Shown piece after piece: positions 9,575-19,934 of a stretch of 64,000 nucleotides of DNA. The notes under the pieces were generated by a model. It worked only from the letters and a program-made list of their open reading frames with translations. It searched no databases and was not told the DNA's origin. The stretch spans positions 7,387 through 71,386 of the forward strand of contig CAVQRQ010000012.1 of NCBI GenBank assembly GCA_963715265.1, given 5' to 3'. The translations under genes were made by a program, and so were the position numbers. This stretch comes from an uncultured Acidobacteriota bacterium (GTDB lineage Bacteria > Acidobacteriota > Vicinamibacteria > Vicinamibacterales > Vicinamibacteraceae). Each line of letters begins with the position of its first letter. Position 1 is the first letter of the stretch.

Positions 9575-11977
9575 ATGCTCCGAACGCTGGACCGCTACAT
9601 CATCAGGGAGACGCTGCCGCCCTTCGGGTTGACCCTCCTGATCCTCACGTTCCTGCTCCAGATCCCGACGATCATGGACGTGGCGGAGAAGCTCATCGCC
9701 AAGGGGGTCACCCTGCCGATCATCGGCCGGATCCTGCTGACGCTCCTGCCCTCATCGCTGGCGCTGACGATTCCCATCAGCCTGCTCGTCGGCCTGCTGA
9801 TGGCCCTGGGGCGCCTGTCGGCGGACCGCGAGGCGGTGGCCATGCAGGCCTGCGGGGTCAGCCTGTACCGGATTCTCAGGCCCATCGCCCTGATGGCCCT
9901 CGTTGCGACGGCCTCGACGGCCTACATCATGATGGAGGCGATGCCGCGGGCCAATCAGACCTTCCGCGACATCACGTTCCGGATCATTCAGGCCAAGGCC
10001 GAGAGCGACGTCAGGCCGCGGGTGTTTTTCGAGGAGTTCCCAAACCTCGTCCTGTACGTGCGGGACGTTCAGCCGAACACACGCGGCTGGAAGGGCGTGT
10101 TCCTCGCCGACACACGGAATCCCGGCGAGACGCAGCTGCTGACCGCAGACCGCGGGCACTTCGTACTCGAACCCGCGCAGCGCCGGGTGGATCTCATTCT
10201 CGAGGACGGCATCCTGCACAGGTCCAGGACGGACGCGCCGTCACAGTACGAACTCCAGCAGTTCGAGTCCTTGACGGTCCAGCTGGACCCCGAGACCGTG
10301 TTCCCCCGTCAGGGACTCGCACCCGGCGACAACGAGATGACCATCCCGCAGCTGCGGACCAAAGCGCGGCAGATGCGGGAGCAGGGCATCTCACCACACA
10401 ACCCGATCATGGCCATCCAGCGCAAGTACACGATTCCCGTCGCGTGCCTGGTCTTCGGCCTGATCGCTCTGGGGCTTGGGGTCTCGCATCGGAAGGACGG
10501 CAAGAACGCCGGCTTCGTGATCGGCATCGCCGTCGTCCTCGTGTACTACGTCCTCATGTACATGGGCGAAGCGCTCGCCAAGGGGCAGCGCGTGCCGGCC
10601 GAGTTCGCCCTGTGGATCCCCAACGTCGTCCTTGGGGCTGCCGGATTCATCCTGCTCGTGCTGAAGACCAGGGGGTACGACGTCACGCCGACCATCCGCA
10701 TCCCGGTCCCGGCGACCCTCACGTCCCTTGCGCTCAGATTGACGCGCGCGGGAGTGGCGGTTCAGCCAGTCGACGAGCCGTCGTCAGCCGTTGCCATGGA
10801 AGGTCGGCGCCGCTCCCCTGCCACGGGACGCGCCCGGGGCGGCGTGGTGCTGGTCATCAAGGTCCCGCAGGGCATCCTGCCGTCGTTCAGCCTGCTCGAC
10901 CGATACCTCAGCCGCATCTACCTGCGCGTCTTCGGAGTGACGTTCCTGGGAATGCTGGCCGTCTTCTACATCGCCATCTTCACCGACTACAGCGAGTACC
11001 TCTTCAAGGGCAAGACGACAGGGCAGATGCTGTTGAGCTTCTTCCTGTACTCCACGCCACAGTACATCTACTACATCACCGCGCTGGCGGCGCTCGTCGG
11101 TACGCTCGTCACCGTCGGCCTGCTGACGCGTACGAGTGAACTGACCGTCATGCAGGCCTGTGGGGTGTCTCTGTACCGCGCCGCCACGCCGATGTTGGTG
11201 TTCGGCCTGGCCTGGAGCGCGGTGCTGTTCGGCATGGAGCAAAGCATTCTGGCGGCGTCGAATCGACGCGCCGAGGAACTCCGGAGCACGATCCGGAGCG
11301 GTGTCACCCGGACATTCAGCCTGTCCAGTCGGCAGTGGATGGCTGGCAGTCACGGCGAGCTCTACCATTACGGACGGTTCGATCCGCGGGCCAAACGGCT
11401 GGAGGACCTGACCGTCTACACATTCGGGTCACGCGGATGGAACGTCACGGGACGGACCTACGCCCGCCTCAGCACGAACATGGATGCGACCATGTGGCGG
11501 TCGGACCTTGGATGGCAGCGGACCTTCGGCGACCGCAACGCCGTGACGGACTTCGCGGTCTTCCCCACCCAGACCGTCACGATGGAGGAACCGGACTACT
11601 TCGGCGTGGACGAGCCGGAGGCCGTGCTCGCAGAGCGGTTGAAAGTCGGGCAGCTGAGGAATCACATAGCGGAACTGGAGAAGGCCGGTTACAACACCGT
11701 ACCGCTCCAGGTGGCGCTGCACCGGAAGATCGCCTTCCCGTTCATCGCACTCATCATGACGCTCATCGCCATCCCCTTCGGTGTCACGACTGGCCGCAAG
11801 GGGACGCTCTTCGGGATCGGCATCGGGATTGTCCTCGCCATCCTGTACTGGACGACCCAGAGCTTCTTCGCGGCTGTCGGCAGTGCGGGCGTGCTCGCTC
11901 CCCCGCTCGCCGCGTGGGCCCCCAACATCCTTTTTCTGGCCGTCGCCGCCTACCTCGTCGTCAGCGCCCGCACCTAG
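9575..11977 (+). CDS. Fused LptF-LptG LPS export ABC permease
   Basis: Two tandem YjgP/Q modules, each beginning LDRY and containing QACGVSLYR; the second ends WAPN. Confidence 0.88.
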   Translation: MLRTLDRYIIRETLPPFGLTLLILTFLLQIPTIMDVAEKLIAKGVTLPIIGRILLTLLPSSLALTIPISLLVGLLMALGRLSADREAVAMQACGVSLYRILRPIALMALVATASTAYIMMEAMPRANQTFRDITFRIIQAKAESDVRPRVFFEEFPNLVLYVRDVQPNTRGWKGVFLADTRNPGETQLLTADRGHFVLEPAQRRVDLILEDGILHRSRTDAPSQYELQQFESLTVQLDPETVFPRQGLAPGDNEMTIPQLRTKARQMREQGISPHNPIMAIQRKYTIPVACLVFGLIALGLGVSHRKDGKNAGFVIGIAVVLVYYVLMYMGEALAKGQRVPAEFALWIPNVVLGAAGFILLVLKTRGYDVTPTIRIPVPATLTSLALRLTRAGVAVQPVDEPSSAVAMEGRRRSPATGRARGGVVLVIKVPQGILPSFSLLDRYLSRIYLRVFGVTFLGMLAVFYIAIFTDYSEYLFKGKTTGQMLLSFFLYSTPQYIYYITALAALVGTLVTVGLLTRTSELTVMQACGVSLYRAATPMLVFGLAWSAVLFGMEQSILAASNRRAEELRSTIRSGVTRTFSLSSRQWMAGSHGELYHYGRFDPRAKRLEDLTVYTFGSRGWNVTGRTYARLSTNMDATMWRSDLGWQRTFGDRNAVTDFAVFPTQTVTMEEPDYFGVDEPEAVLAERLKVGQLRNHIAELEKAGYNTVPLQVALHRKIAFPFIALIMTLIAIPFGVTTGRKGTLFGIGIGIVLAILYWTTQSFFAAVGSAGVLAPPLAAWAPNILFLAVAAYLVVSART

Positions 11978-11998
11978 GCTGATGGGGAGCGGCCGTCG

Positions 11999-12047
11999 AT
12001 TGTCGGCCGGCCGACAATGCCGCCGGTGTCGGCGTTGTTGAAACGCC
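11999..12047. terminator. Probable bidirectional terminator between convergent lptFG and xerD
   Basis: Perfect 20-bp palindrome ATTGTCGGCCGGCCGACAAT (11999-12018) followed by a CGGCGTT/AACGCCG hairpin. Confidence 0.55.
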
Positions 12048-12060
12048 GGTCATGGCTGGT

Positions 12061-12972
12061 TCACGCCCGAGGGTGGTGAGACTCGTACAGCCGCTTCAAC
12101 CTGGCCTCGAGGACGTGCGTGTAGATCTGCGTCGTCGAGAGTGCCGCGTGCCCGAGCATCATCTGAATGGCCCGCAGGTCCGCTCCCCTGTCGAGCAGAT
12201 GCGTGGCGAACGAGTGCCTCAGGACGTGCGGCGAGACATGACTCGTGATGCCTGCCTGCTGGGCGTACGTCTTGATGATCTTCCAGAAGCCCACGCGCGT
12301 CAGCGCCGACGTCCCGCGCCCTCCCGGAAAGAGCCAGGGGGACGCCTGCGCCTTCAACAGCGTGCCTCGGCCGTGTCGAAGGTACGCGCGCAAAGCCCCG
12401 ATAGCCTGCTCTCCCACCGGCACGATGCGCTGCTTGTCGCCCTTGCCGATGCATGTCAGGAAGCCCACGTCCAGATTGAGGTCTGACGGCCGCAACGTCA
12501 CCAACTCGGTGACGCGTAGTCCTGTCGCGTAGAGGACGTCCAGCAGGGCCCGGTCTCGTAGTCCCCTCGGTGTCGTCAGGTCCGGCGCGGCAAGGAGGGC
12601 GTCGACCTCTTCCAGCGACAGGAACCGCGGAAGCTCGCGCCACGCACGGGGAGGTCGCAGGTCCTCGGCCGGATTGGCGGCGATCACACGCGACACGAGC
12701 AGGTGCTTGTAGAACCCACGTACGCCGGCCACCATCCTCGCGACAGACCTCGGCGAGTAGCCGTCGGCCATCAGGCGTCGGACAAAGGCTTCCAGATCCT
12801 GCAGCGAAAGCGTCTCGGCTGTCGTGCCGCGTCCGCTGGCGAAGCGCGCGAGTTGGTTCAGGTCGCGACTGTAGCTTTCCACCGAGAGCGGCTGCAGCCG
12901 ACGCACCACCCGCAAGTGATCGAGATAGGCGTCGATTCTGGAGTCGCTGAGACGCTGGGCGTCCTCGCTCAT
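12061..12972 (-). CDS. xerD: Tyrosine recombinase XerD
   Basis: RDRALLDVLYATGLRVTEL, GKGDKQRIVP, HVLRHSFATHLL, LGHA..TTQIYTHV, C-terminal HHPRA. Confidence 0.93.
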   Translation of the reverse strand: MSEDAQRLSDSRIDAYLDHLRVVRRLQPLSVESYSRDLNQLARFASGRGTTAETLSLQDLEAFVRRLMADGYSPRSVARMVAGVRGFYKHLLVSRVIAANPAEDLRPPRAWRELPRFLSLEEVDALLAAPDLTTPRGLRDRALLDVLYATGLRVTELVTLRPSDLNLDVGFLTCIGKGDKQRIVPVGEQAIGALRAYLRHGRGTLLKAQASPWLFPGGRGTSALTRVGFWKIIKTYAQQAGITSHVSPHVLRHSFATHLLDRGADLRAIQMMLGHAALSTTQIYTHVLEARLKRLYESHHPRA

Positions 12973-13023
12973 GCACGTCAGCATACGGGCAATTCCGCCC
13001 ATCGCCGCGGATCAGGCAATGAC

Positions 13024-13061
13024 TTGCACCCATAGCGTTCTATGCCTAGAATCCTAGGCAT
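13024..13061 (+). promoter_or_regulatory. sigma70 promoter of padR overlapped by a palindromic operator
   Basis: TTGCAC (13024-29), 17 bp, TAGAAT (13047-52); inverted repeat ATGCCTAG-AATC-CTAGGCAT (13042-13061). Confidence 0.7.
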
Positions 13062-13090
13062 CATGAGATGACGACAGGCGGAAGGAAGCC

Positions 13091-13423
13091 ATGGCCTCAC
13101 GTACCGATGCCCTTCAGGGCACGCTGACGCTGCTGATCCTCAAGACCCTCGAAGGCGGCCCGCGACATGGGTATGCCATTGCCCACCACATCCAGCACAC
13201 GTCTCACGGCCTGCTTCGGGTCGAGGAAGGATCGCTCTACCCCGCCCTCCGCCGACTCGAGTCACAGGGCTGGGTCGAGTCCACATGGAGTGTCACGGAG
13301 AGTCAGCGGCAGGCGCGCGTGTATGCCCTCTCCCCTGCCGGCCGGCGCCAGCTCGACGAGGAGGAGGCCAAGTGGCAGCGCTTGCTCCAGGGCGTCAGGC
13401 ATATCCTGCGATACGGCGAGTAG
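13091..13423 (+). CDS. PadR-family transcriptional regulator (Acidobacterial type)
   Basis: QGTLTLLILKTL..HGYAIA..EEGSLYPALRRLE winged helix. Confidence 0.92.
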   Translation: MASRTDALQGTLTLLILKTLEGGPRHGYAIAHHIQHTSHGLLRVEEGSLYPALRRLESQGWVESTWSVTESQRQARVYALSPAGRRQLDEEEAKWQRLLQGVRHILRYGE

Positions 13424-13475
13424 CCGCGCCGGGCGGACGCTCGCTGCGAGGCAACACTGGACGCTGTCCGTCCCC

Positions 13476-13509
13476 GGAGGGGGCAGCGGGTGTGCCGCTC
13501 CCCCTCTCC
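13476..13509. terminator. Probable terminator hairpin between convergent padR and tldD
   Basis: Imperfect stem GGAGGGGGCAGCGG-GTGTG-CCGCTCCCCCTCTCC. Confidence 0.5.
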
Positions 13510-13532
13510 GACCAGGTTCTCCGGGAGGAGCC

Positions 13533-15146
13533 TTAGAGGTAGGCCGCCCCAACCATGATGCGGCGGACGCGCATCCACGGAGCCCCGTGTGAGATGTGGT
13601 TGATCTGCACGGGCTGCCCCTTGGCGTCACCTGTCGTGCCGTGCATTTCCCACGACCCCTTGTTGGACACCGCGTCCAGGTTGCCGTAGAAGTCGGTGGT
13701 GATGGCGTTGTAGGTCACGTCGGCCACCATGCGCACCTTCTTGCCGTTCTTGATCTCCCAGAACGCGTCGCCCCCAAACTGGCCGTTGTAACGCTGCTGG
13801 TCGATTGAATAGCTCCCGCGGCCGTCGATCAGGAGGCCGTCCTTCGTGTCGGCGATGATCTCGTCGGCACTGGGGGCCCTGTCGTCACCGGGCTCCACGT
13901 GGAGGTTGGACATCCGCAGGAACGGGTAGTTGCGCCACGACGTGGCGAACGTGCAGCCGCGGCTCTCCTTCTCGCCCATGAAGTGCGCGGTTTCCCTGTT
14001 GGTCTGCAGCCCCACCAGCATCCCTTCGCGCACGATCGGCCACGACTGCGTCTTCACCCCGTCGTCGTCGTAGCCCATCGTGCACAGACCCCCGGGAATC
14101 GTCCTGTCGGCCGTCACGTTGAAGAGCTTGCTGCCGTACCTGAGCTTGCCGACGTCCTCGAGCTTGATGAAGCTCGTGCCGGCATAGTTGGCCTCGTAGC
14201 CGAGGATCCTGTCGAGCTCGGTGGGATGGCCGATGATCTCGTGGATCGTCAACATCGAGTGCGAGGGCGTCATCACGACGTCCTTGAGTCCCGGCGAAAC
14301 CGATGGAGCCATCGCGTGCTCGACGGCCTCGGCCGCAATGCGGTCGGCGTTCTCCATCATGCCGCCCCCGGTGACCACCTCGTAGCCGCCGGTCCGCGCC
14401 TGCACCGTGTAGGTGCGCGACTTGACCTTGCCGTTTGCACGCGCGATGGCCGTGAAGCTCGGCGCCACGCGCCAGGCTTCCTGTTCGATGTACGAGCCTT
14501 CACTGGAGGCGAAGTACTTCCATTCGTAGTCCTGCGCGATCCCCGACTGCGTGCGGATGACGCCCTTGGTCTTGAGCAGTTGCTCGTTGATGCCAAGCAG
14601 GAACGCGATCTTGTCGTCGAGCGACACCGTGAAGGGATCGACTGTGACCGGCGTGGCCCAGTAGCTCTGGTAGGCCGCCGTGGGCGTGAGCCTCACGTCG
14701 AACCGTTTGGCGATGGCGCTCGCGCGCGCCACGTCGACCGCCTGACGCGCGATGGTGCGGATCTGCGCCTCCGTCACGTGCGGGCTGCTGGCGAAGCCCC
14801 ACACACCACTGTGCAGCACGCGCACACCGAACCCCGCACTTTCATTGCGTGCGCCGCCCCCGCCGAAGCCACCGCCACCGCCGCCCCCACCGAAACCACC
14901 GCCCCCGACGATGCGGTCGCGGACGGTCAGGGAGTCGCTGAGGTTACGCGTGAAGCGGATGTCGCAGTAGGTCGCGCCAAGCCGGCGGGCTTCGCCCAGT
15001 GCGACGTCTGCCAGACCCTTGAAGGCAGACTCGAGGACGCGCCCCTTCGGAGACTGGGCCACGAGCGACGCCACCAGGTCGCTGGAGGCCAGCGCCACGC
15101 CCGTGGCGCCGATGGTCTTGATGAAATCGCGGCGATTGGTGCTCAT
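13533..15146 (-). CDS. tldD: TldD-family metalloprotease with twin-arginine signal (paralog 2)
   Basis: [10 protein letters not shown] Tat motif, HEIIGH metal motif, RMSN, GDAKGQP. Confidence 0.9.
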   Translation of the reverse strand: MSTNRRDFIKTIGATGVALASSDLVASLVAQSPKGRVLESAFKGLADVALGEARRLGATYCDIRFTRNLSDSLTVRDRIVGGGGFGGGGGGGGFGGGGARNESAGFGVRVLHSGVWGFASSPHVTEAQIRTIARQAVDVARASAIAKRFDVRLTPTAAYQSYWATPVTVDPFTVSLDDKIAFLLGINEQLLKTKGVIRTQSGIAQDYEWKYFASSEGSYIEQEAWRVAPSFTAIARANGKVKSRTYTVQARTGGYEVVTGGGMMENADRIAAEAVEHAMAPSVSPGLKDVVMTPSHSMLTIHEIIGHPTELDRILGYEANYAGTSFIKLEDVGKLRYGSKLFNVTADRTIPGGLCTMGYDDDGVKTQSWPIVREGMLVGLQTNRETAHFMGEKESRGCTFATSWRNYPFLRMSNLHVEPGDDRAPSADEIIADTKDGLLIDGRGSYSIDQQRYNGQFGGDAFWEIKNGKKVRMVADVTYNAITTDFYGNLDAVSNKGSWEMHGTTGDAKGQPVQINHISHGAPWMRVRRIMVGAAYL

Positions 15147-15153
15147 GGCTGCC

Positions 15154-16509
15154 TCAGACCGCCGGGGACACGGACGTCATGGTGAAGTCCTCGATGCGCA
15201 TGGCGGGGATCATCGCGGTGCCTGGCTGGTCGTACGCCTCGCCCGTGTGCATCGGCTCGGACGGCCCGAGCGCGCTGATGTTGTTCAGCCCGACGACGGG
15301 CGTCTCGTTCCATCGGAAGTTCTGCACCGGCGCCGTGATCTCCCCGTTCTCGATGAGGAACAGCCCGTCGCGCGTCATGCCCGTGTAAAGGATGGACATC
15401 GCCTCGACCGGCCGCATGTACCAGAAGAAGGAGACGAGCAGGCCCCGTCTGGTGGTCTTGATCATCTCCTCCACTGACGTCGTCCCGCCGTCCATCACCA
15501 GGCTCAGTCCAGGCGGCGTCGCGGTCGGCGTCTTCCCCGTCTTCTGGGCCCAGAAGCGGTTGTAGTACAGGCTCTTGACGACGCCCTTCTCGATCCAGGT
15601 CACATCACGGGCGGCCAGGCCGTCCTCGCCTATCGGGGTCTGCCGCAGCACCGGATGGTTCACGACGCTCCGGATCGTGACGTTGTCGCCGAACAACTTC
15701 TGGCCCACCTTGGTCTGGCCACGCTCGGCACCGCTCATGAAGCTGCGCCCCTCCTCGGCGGCGCGGGCGTCCATCGCGGTGACCAGGAGCGACAGGAACC
15801 GGGCCGCCGGGCGCGGCTCGAGAATCACGGTGTAGTCGCCTGGTTCGATGGCCCGCGGTTTCTGCGACTTCAGGGCCTTGTCCGACGCGCGCTCGGTGAT
15901 CGACACGGGGTCGATGGCATTCACGTCCTTGAGGCCGGTCTGTCCAGCCCAGCCAGAGCCCGTCCCATCGGGCGTACGGCACGTCAGGATGAAACTCGCC
16001 TCGGCGTACCGGAAGTACGAAAACAAGCCCTCGCTGTTGGCCGTCGCCGTGGTCCAGTGGAGCTTCGGGATGTAGCCGGCCCCGACGACGCCCTTCTTCT
16101 CGCAGATGTCCAGGCTCTGTTTGACCATCGCGGCGCGCTCGGCCGGGCCGAAGTTCGCCGTGCGGTCGATGACCGCGTCGACCGGCGCATAGTCCTGCGG
16201 CGGCTTGACCAGCGGCATCGTCTCCGGGTTGTCGGGCTTCCGCCGCGCGAGCGCTTGCGCCTGTTCGATTGCCGCCTTCAGCGACGCGTCGTCGAACTGG
16301 TGGGTGATCGTCGTGGCGCTCTTCTGCCCGTAGTACACCGTGATGTTGACCTGCTGATCGTGCTCGATCAGGTTCGCCGTGATGCTGGAATTGGCGTACC
16401 GGGTCGCCGACCGTTCCCCACCCTGGAAGTCGACCTCGACGGCATCGGCCTTGGCCATGTTCAGGATCTTGTCGGTGATCGCCTTCACGTCTTCGCGCGA
16501 GTAGCTCAT
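15154..16509 (-). CDS. TldE/PmbA-family non-catalytic partner subunit
   Basis: PmbA/TldD-like sequence ([25 protein letters not shown]); no HExxxH and no signal peptide. Confidence 0.85.
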   Translation of the reverse strand: MSYSREDVKAITDKILNMAKADAVEVDFQGGERSATRYANSSITANLIEHDQQVNITVYYGQKSATTITHQFDDASLKAAIEQAQALARRKPDNPETMPLVKPPQDYAPVDAVIDRTANFGPAERAAMVKQSLDICEKKGVVGAGYIPKLHWTTATANSEGLFSYFRYAEASFILTCRTPDGTGSGWAGQTGLKDVNAIDPVSITERASDKALKSQKPRAIEPGDYTVILEPRPAARFLSLLVTAMDARAAEEGRSFMSGAERGQTKVGQKLFGDNVTIRSVVNHPVLRQTPIGEDGLAARDVTWIEKGVVKSLYYNRFWAQKTGKTPTATPPGLSLVMDGGTTSVEEMIKTTRRGLLVSFFWYMRPVEAMSILYTGMTRDGLFLIENGEITAPVQNFRWNETPVVGLNNISALGPSEPMHTGEAYDQPGTAMIPAMRIEDFTMTSVSPAV

Positions 16510-16516
16510 TGGATCC

Positions 16517-18124
16517 TCAGGAAAATGCCGCGCCGACCATGACCTTGCGGATCAGGCAGGGAGCGGAGCCGTGCGAGGGGTAGTTGGACTGCACGGGCTG
16601 GCCCTTCGCGTCGCCATCCATACCGTGGTGTTCCCAACTCTCGGGCGGCCCGATGGCATCGAGGTTGGCCCAGAAGTCGGTCGTGATGGCGTTGTACGTG
16701 AAGTCGGTCACCATCCGCGTGACCTTGCCGTCCTTGATCTCCCAGAACGCGTTGCCGCCGAACTGGCCGTTGTAGCGCTGCTGGTCGATGCTGAAGCTGC
16801 CCGCGCCGTCGACGAGCACGCCGTCCTTCACGTCGGCAATCATCTGGTCGAGGGTCGGCGCTCCCGGCTTGCCTGGCTCCATCTGGATGTTCGGCATCCG
16901 GAGGAACGGGTAGTTGCGCCAGTGGTTGGCGAAGGTGCACCCGCGACTTTCCGTCTCGCCCATGTAGTGGGCGGTCTCGCGGTTGGTCTGCAACCCCACC
17001 AGGATGCCCTCCTGGATGATCGGCCACCGCTGCGACTTGACGCCGTCGTCGTCGAACCCGACCGTGCCGCAGGCGCCAACGTGGGTCCGGTCGGCGTAGA
17101 CGTTCAGGAGCGGGCTGCCGTACGTGAGGCGCTTGAGGTCACTCAGCTTCACGAAGCTCGTGCCGGCGTAGTTGGCCTCGTAGCCGACGATGCGATCGAG
17201 TTCGGTGGGGTGCGCGATGATCTCGTGGATGGTCAGCGCGAGGTGCGACGGCTTCAGGACCAGGTCCTTCAGGCCGGCCTGGACCGGCGCCGCCATGCTG
17301 TGCTCGACGGCCTCCGCTGCCACGCGCTCGGCATTGCCTTTCAGATCGGCGTGCACGAGGAACTCGTAGCCGGCCGTGGAGGCCCCGGGCGTGTAGACCC
17401 GCGTCTTCACCTGACCCTTGGTGCGCGCCGTCGCCGAGCATCCGCACGAGGCGTAGTACAGGCTCTGCTCGATGAACGAGCCCTCGGAGGTGACCAGGAA
17501 CTTCCAGTCGTGCGAGAAGCTCACCTGGGCCGTCGCGAACAGGACCTGCTTGTTCCGCTGAATCGCCGCCGTCGCATCGGTGAGCAGGGCAATCTTCTCT
17601 TCGAGTGGCACCTCGAACGGATCCCGTTCGTGCGGGGTCTCGTAGAACTCATCGTAGGCAGGGACCGGCGCGAGCTTCACGTCGAAACGCTTCGCCATCG
17701 CGCTGGCGCGCGCGATGTCGGTGGCCTGCCGCACCACCCGCATGATCTCCTCTGGAGTCACGACTGGACTGCTCGCGAAGCCCCAGACGCCCGAGTGCAC
17801 CACGCGAACGCCGAAGCCGAACGTGTCGGAGATGCCGCCGCCCGGGGCGGCACCGAAGCCCCCGAAGCTGAAACCACCGGCGCTCGTCAACTGGCCGTTG
17901 CGGACGTTGAGGGCCTGCGATCGCTTGCGTCCGAATCGGATGTCGGCATACGTACAGCCGAGTGAACGGGCCTGCTTCAGCGCGTCGGCTCCCCAGGCTC
18001 GCCAGGGCCCCACGCGGCCTCGCGGCGCCTGGGCCGAAACCGGCGCCTGCCACAAATCGGGCAGGGACCACGCGGCGCCGGCAACGCCGGCCACTTTCAG
18101 GAAGTCTCGTCGGTTCTGGGCCAT
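16517..18124 (-). CDS. tldD: TldD-family metalloprotease with twin-arginine signal (paralog 1)
   Basis: MAQNRRDFLK Tat motif with AxA-like cleavage site (VSA-Q), HEIIAH, RMPN, GDAKGQP. Confidence 0.9.
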   Translation of the reverse strand: MAQNRRDFLKVAGVAGAAWSLPDLWQAPVSAQAPRGRVGPWRAWGADALKQARSLGCTYADIRFGRKRSQALNVRNGQLTSAGGFSFGGFGAAPGGGISDTFGFGVRVVHSGVWGFASSPVVTPEEIMRVVRQATDIARASAMAKRFDVKLAPVPAYDEFYETPHERDPFEVPLEEKIALLTDATAAIQRNKQVLFATAQVSFSHDWKFLVTSEGSFIEQSLYYASCGCSATARTKGQVKTRVYTPGASTAGYEFLVHADLKGNAERVAAEAVEHSMAAPVQAGLKDLVLKPSHLALTIHEIIAHPTELDRIVGYEANYAGTSFVKLSDLKRLTYGSPLLNVYADRTHVGACGTVGFDDDGVKSQRWPIIQEGILVGLQTNRETAHYMGETESRGCTFANHWRNYPFLRMPNIQMEPGKPGAPTLDQMIADVKDGVLVDGAGSFSIDQQRYNGQFGGNAFWEIKDGKVTRMVTDFTYNAITTDFWANLDAIGPPESWEHHGMDGDAKGQPVQSNYPSHGSAPCLIRKVMVGAAFS

Positions 18125-18140
18125 GTCGATGGTCTCGTCC

Positions 18141-19934
18141 TCATCGTTCTCCGTGCAGCCGGCGCAGCATCCACTCGGCGCCCAGCAAGGTCAGCGCGAG
18201 CGCCGCGAACCACACGGTGCGCGTCGGGTGCCAGGGGCCGACCGCTCGGAGCGCCAGGCGACCACGTAACGCCTCCAGCGTCCGTGGCAGCGACGAAGCG
18301 TCGGCCGCAAGTGCGCCCAGGCCCGCCTGATGCCGCACCACGTCCTCCCACGAGCCCGGGGCCGCGGGCGGTGCTGCGTCGACCACCGTGCGGACCTGCC
18401 CCACCACCTCTGTCCCGTCGCGCACGTCGACGTCCACGCGCGGGCTCGACACGCGCGGGATTCGCATCGCTCCGCGCCAGCGTCCCTCCGCAAGTCGCAC
18501 CAATGGCAGCGGCTGCTCGCCCGTGGCGTCCGTGATGGCCCGGACCACCATGCCGGCCCGACTCGCGACATCCGGGCGCAGCCTCACCTCGACGTGCAGG
18601 GTGCGCGCCAGCGGTCCCGTCGCCCACGAGATCACCTCGACGGGCGGCGGGACGTCAGCGGCCAGCCGCTGAATGATCGCTCGCCAACCGGCCTCGAACT
18701 CCACGTCGGCGTCCGCGCGCCACCGCCAGGCATCCAGCGCCCCCACAAGCACCACGCGACCGGCCCCCAGGGCCCGGCCGGCGATGAACGGAACCGATCC
18801 GGAATCGAGATACGCCAGCGGAACCACGCCCGTTGACAGGATCGGTTCGAGCCACTCGCGCAGTTTCCATCGGTGACCCGCGAGGTGCCCCCAGATCGGT
18901 CGAGCCGCGCTGCGCATCCGTCCCGTCGGGCCTGGCCACAAGCGACGCCAGGGGCCGGAACCGGGCTCGCCGTCCAGCAGCAGCACGACAGCGCGGCCGC
19001 TGTCACGAGCGGCGCGCTCCAGTCGCGTGACGTCGGCTGGCGTGAGCGCCTCGACGCCTCCCACGAGCCACACGGCCGGGTCGCTGGCGGGCGTGGGCCT
19101 GTCGGCAGACGAACTGGCGGTGCGCACGACGACGCCCGGTGACGTCCGGACCTCCGTCGTGAGGCGCAATCGGTCGATGTCGGCGACCGCCAGTCTTGCG
19201 AAGCGAGCGCCCCAGGCCGGACGTGCCTCGAGGACGGCGACCGCCAACTCGGGCGGCAGAACATCGACCGGCACCGTGACCGGCGTCGCCGGACGCACGA
19301 CTCCAGGGGCGACACCTTCCGATGGGAGCGACCTGCCGTCGCCTGACGCAGCCGCGTAGGCCGCCTCGACCAGCAATCGCGACGGACCGACCCGCGTCGC
19401 CAGCCAGGGGACGTCCGCCTGGAGCCGGCCATTGGTCGCCGCGGCGGCGTCCACGTCGAGGTGTCCCCGTTCCAGGTTCGACGACTCGTCGCGTAATGAA
19501 ATACGTACGCGTCCAGAGCCGGGAGGCACGCCGTCGACGTGCACCGCGACGGCAGCCTGGAGGCCGGCCACCACCCGGGCGGGCGCGCCGACCCACGCGA
19601 GCCCCAGCGCCGGGTCGTCGGCGCGCACCGTCAGCGCCGCCGGTCGGGCCCGCACCGCGCGAAGCACCGGCACGGCGTCGCCGATGACGATCCGGGCTGC
19701 GGGCGTCGGCGCGGTGTCCGCCGCTGCGACGGGCCGAGATGCGTCGACCACGTCGGCCCACGGCGCTCCTGCCGCAACCCGGCCGATCATGCGCGTCCCG
19801 ATCGCGTCCGGGAGATTACCGACAACGACGACCTCCAGGCGAGGGCGGCGGTTGACGGTGCAACCCGGGTCGACGACTGCGGCGGCAACGCAAAGGACAC
19901 CCAGCACGCGGAGCACCTGACGAGCGGGCCTCAT
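18141..19934 (-). CDS. Membrane-anchored hypothetical protein of the MoxR operon (possible degenerate glutamine-amidotransferase-like domain)
   Basis: N- and C-terminal TM segments (LLGAEWMLRR), GAGRVVLVG..DAWRWR motif; ATGA coupling with the upstream gene. Confidence 0.65.
   Translation of the reverse strand: MRPARQVLRVLGVLCVAAAVVDPGCTVNRRPRLEVVVVGNLPDAIGTRMIGRVAAGAPWADVVDASRPVAAADTAPTPAARIVIGDAVPVLRAVRARPAALTVRADDPALGLAWVGAPARVVAGLQAAVAVHVDGVPPGSGRVRISLRDESSNLERGHLDVDAAAATNGRLQADVPWLATRVGPSRLLVEAAYAAASGDGRSLPSEGVAPGVVRPATPVTVPVDVLPPELAVAVLEARPAWGARFARLAVADIDRLRLTTEVRTSPGVVVRTASSSADRPTPASDPAVWLVGGVEALTPADVTRLERAARDSGRAVVLLLDGEPGSGPWRRLWPGPTGRMRSAARPIWGHLAGHRWKLREWLEPILSTGVVPLAYLDSGSVPFIAGRALGAGRVVLVGALDAWRWRADADVEFEAGWRAIIQRLAADVPPPVEVISWATGPLARTLHVEVRLRPDVASRAGMVVRAITDATGEQPLPLVRLAEGRWRGAMRIPRVSSPRVDVDVRDGTEVVGQVRTVVDAAPPAAPGSWEDVVRHQAGLGALAADASSLPRTLEALRGRLALRAVGPWHPTRTVWFAALALTLLGAEWMLRRLHGER

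Noticed and set aside
12061-12972. Tyrosine recombinase as a phage or island integrase
   Set aside because: Length and motifs match housekeeping XerD, and there are no phage genes, att repeats or tRNA target nearby.
13072-13092. CAGGCGGAAGGAAGC resembling the SRP RNA core
   Set aside because: It lacks the CAGGTCCGGAAGGAAGCAGC consensus and the enclosing long stem; it is the padR ribosome-binding region.
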